Source: a virus
Taxonomy: Duplodnaviria; Heunggongvirae; Uroviricota; Caudoviricetes
Virus record (IMG/VR): IMGVR_UViG_3300042275_000481
Span: 1 to 38,171 of that record
Direction: 5' to 3' (one strand)
DNA length: 38,171 nt
The notes under the pieces are model-generated. The model saw only the letters and a list, made by a program, of their open reading frames with translations, was not told the DNA's origin and made no database searches. Made by a program: the position numbers and the translations under genes. This document shows, one piece after another, positions 36,842 through 38,171 of the stretch; position 1 is the first letter of the stretch; the number at the start of each line of letters is the position of its first letter.

Positions 36842-38171
36842 CTATAACACCTTCCAATCTTCTATTAATATTTTTTCTAATAAATCTTCCTCTACTAGAG
36901 AGTCTTTCAAATACATAAGTTTTTCAGGTTGTTCAGTGGTCGCAAGAACATAATCTGATTCATCTAGTATCTTATCTTTTAAATACACATCATAGTTCTT
37001 TAAATACTTGTCATCACCTGTATATGTATTATAAGCATAGAAATTTTCAATTAAATTGTATATCACAAAATTTTTGTAGTCAAGTAAAGAAGGAATATTT
37101 ATTTTATATACTCTTTCTAGAACTCTGTTATCATCAAGAACTCTTGTTGATTTTACAAAGTCACTATATGCTTGTAGTCTTGATGACTGTTCTCTTAGAT
37201 ATTTTTTTCTTAATGTATCTGTAGGGAACTTGTCGTATTCGATTAACCTTGTGAATACATTTTCCTGATTTAATTTATTAGAGATATATGTAGGATTAGG
37301 CTCGAATTCTTTTCTAAGATAAATAGTACCTTCATTTTCACCTATTTTTTTAAGGTAGTTAGAAGCTTTTTCATCTTTTGAGATTAGTATACTTTTAGAA
37401 AGGTCAGTAGACAATATTCTAGGTTTCTTTGCAAGGTCTAAATTAATAAGATTTCTGTCGCTATTTACCAATTTTTTGTATCCCTCTGCAAAGACTCTCA
37501 TCTTCATAAGCATATCATCTTCAAAGATATTATAAGCATTGTCAAAAAGGAAGTTGTCATATCTTTTTTCCATGAAGGTTGACATCATAGTTCTTATTGC
37601 GTCCAACTTTCTTTGCTTGAAGATACCTTCAGGAACTAGGTCCCCTCTAAAAGCAGTTATATTATTAGGAGAGAATCCTTCTGTAATATAGTGTTCAAAT
37701 CTATCAAAATTACCGATAAATGAATCTAGTGTCATAAATGAAGTAATATTTGCAGCTCTACTCATAGTTTTGCCAGAATTTAGAGTTATTTGAGTTCCAG
37801 CAGTGTTATGGAAATAATCTAAAAATTCAGTGATAGTATGTACACTTGTACTTGTTACTTTTTCATAGACTTCTGTTTTTTGTATAAATAAAGATGTATC
37901 ATACATATCTTGAATTAACATGGTTTGTGTACTTGCTGTATTTAATGGTTCCCTGCTTGCTAAAAATGAAGTATCATATTTTCCTAAAGTTATCTGAGTT
38001 TCTGTTTCTGCTGTTATGCTTCCAAAGAAACTACCAGCTAAAATATCAGTTCTGTCATAAGGATACAAGAATGAACCATAAGGGAAGTTTGGTTCCACAG
38101 TACTATCAACTGGATATCTTACAGAACCAATATACATATATTTATTCGTAGTTCCTCTTATAGTGGCATAA
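36842..38171 (-). CDS. Partial CDS, 5' end beyond the window; hypothetical, possibly virion protein
   Basis: The frame stays open upstream of the annotated ATG at 38137 (YATIRGTTNKY-MYIG) to the window edge. Confidence 0.75.
   Translation of the reverse strand, partial: YATIRGTTNKYMYIGSVRYPVDSTVEPNFPYGSFLYPYDRTDILAGSFFGSITAETETQITLGKYDTSFLASREPLNTASTQTMLIQDMYDTSLFIQKTEVYEKVTSTSVHTITEFLDYFHNTAGTQITLNSGKTMSRAANITSFMTLDSFIGNFDRFEHYITEGFSPNNITAFRGDLVPEGIFKQRKLDAIRTMMSTFMEKRYDNFLFDNAYNIFEDDMLMKMRVFAEGYKKLVNSDRNLINLDLAKKPRILSTDLSKSILISKDEKASNYLKKIGENEGTIYLRKEFEPNPTYISNKLNQENVFTRLIEYDKFPTDTLRKKYLREQSSRLQAYSDFVKSTRVLDDNRVLERVYKINIPSLLDYKNFVIYNLIENFYAYNTYTGDDKYLKNYDVYLKDKILDESDYVLATTEQPEKLMYLKDSLVEEDLLEKILIEDWKVL

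Noticed and set aside
1-38171. Bacterial chromosome origin of the window, suggested by infA, uraA and rpoC-like genes
   Set aside because: Beta-prime is split into divergent halves, infA has no ribosomal operon context, phage baseplate and tube genes dominate, and phage-type promoter motifs head the operons.

Overview
A strongly AT-rich, gene-dense segment of a jumbo bacteriophage genome, most like the phiKZ/AR9-type phages that carry split multisubunit RNA polymerases. The host is probably Bacillota/Mollicutes-like, inferred only from the look of the PyrP and IF-1 proteins. The window holds two split RNAP beta-prime subunits, an SbcD-like nuclease, a dCMP deaminase, a uracil permease, translation initiation factor IF-1, a radical SAM protein, and many tail, baseplate and head genes. 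Four things stand out. (1) Four virion genes are split by a single in-frame TGA that reads as Trp, and no complete gene ends in TGA. (2) Two related ORF-less group I introns lie in the RNAP beta-prime gene and, unusually, in the uracil permease gene. (3) Two sharp phage promoter classes are present: AACAA-N4-TTATATG (7 copies) and ATATATTATA (5 copies). (4) A 1.5 kb region (11.4-12.9 kb) holds six GC-rich structured RNA-like units, each paired with one copy of a conserved triloop hairpin, with infA embedded in the middle. This last array matches no RNA family I recognise and is the best candidate for an undescribed system. All product calls come from motif recognition by eye; no database searches were run.
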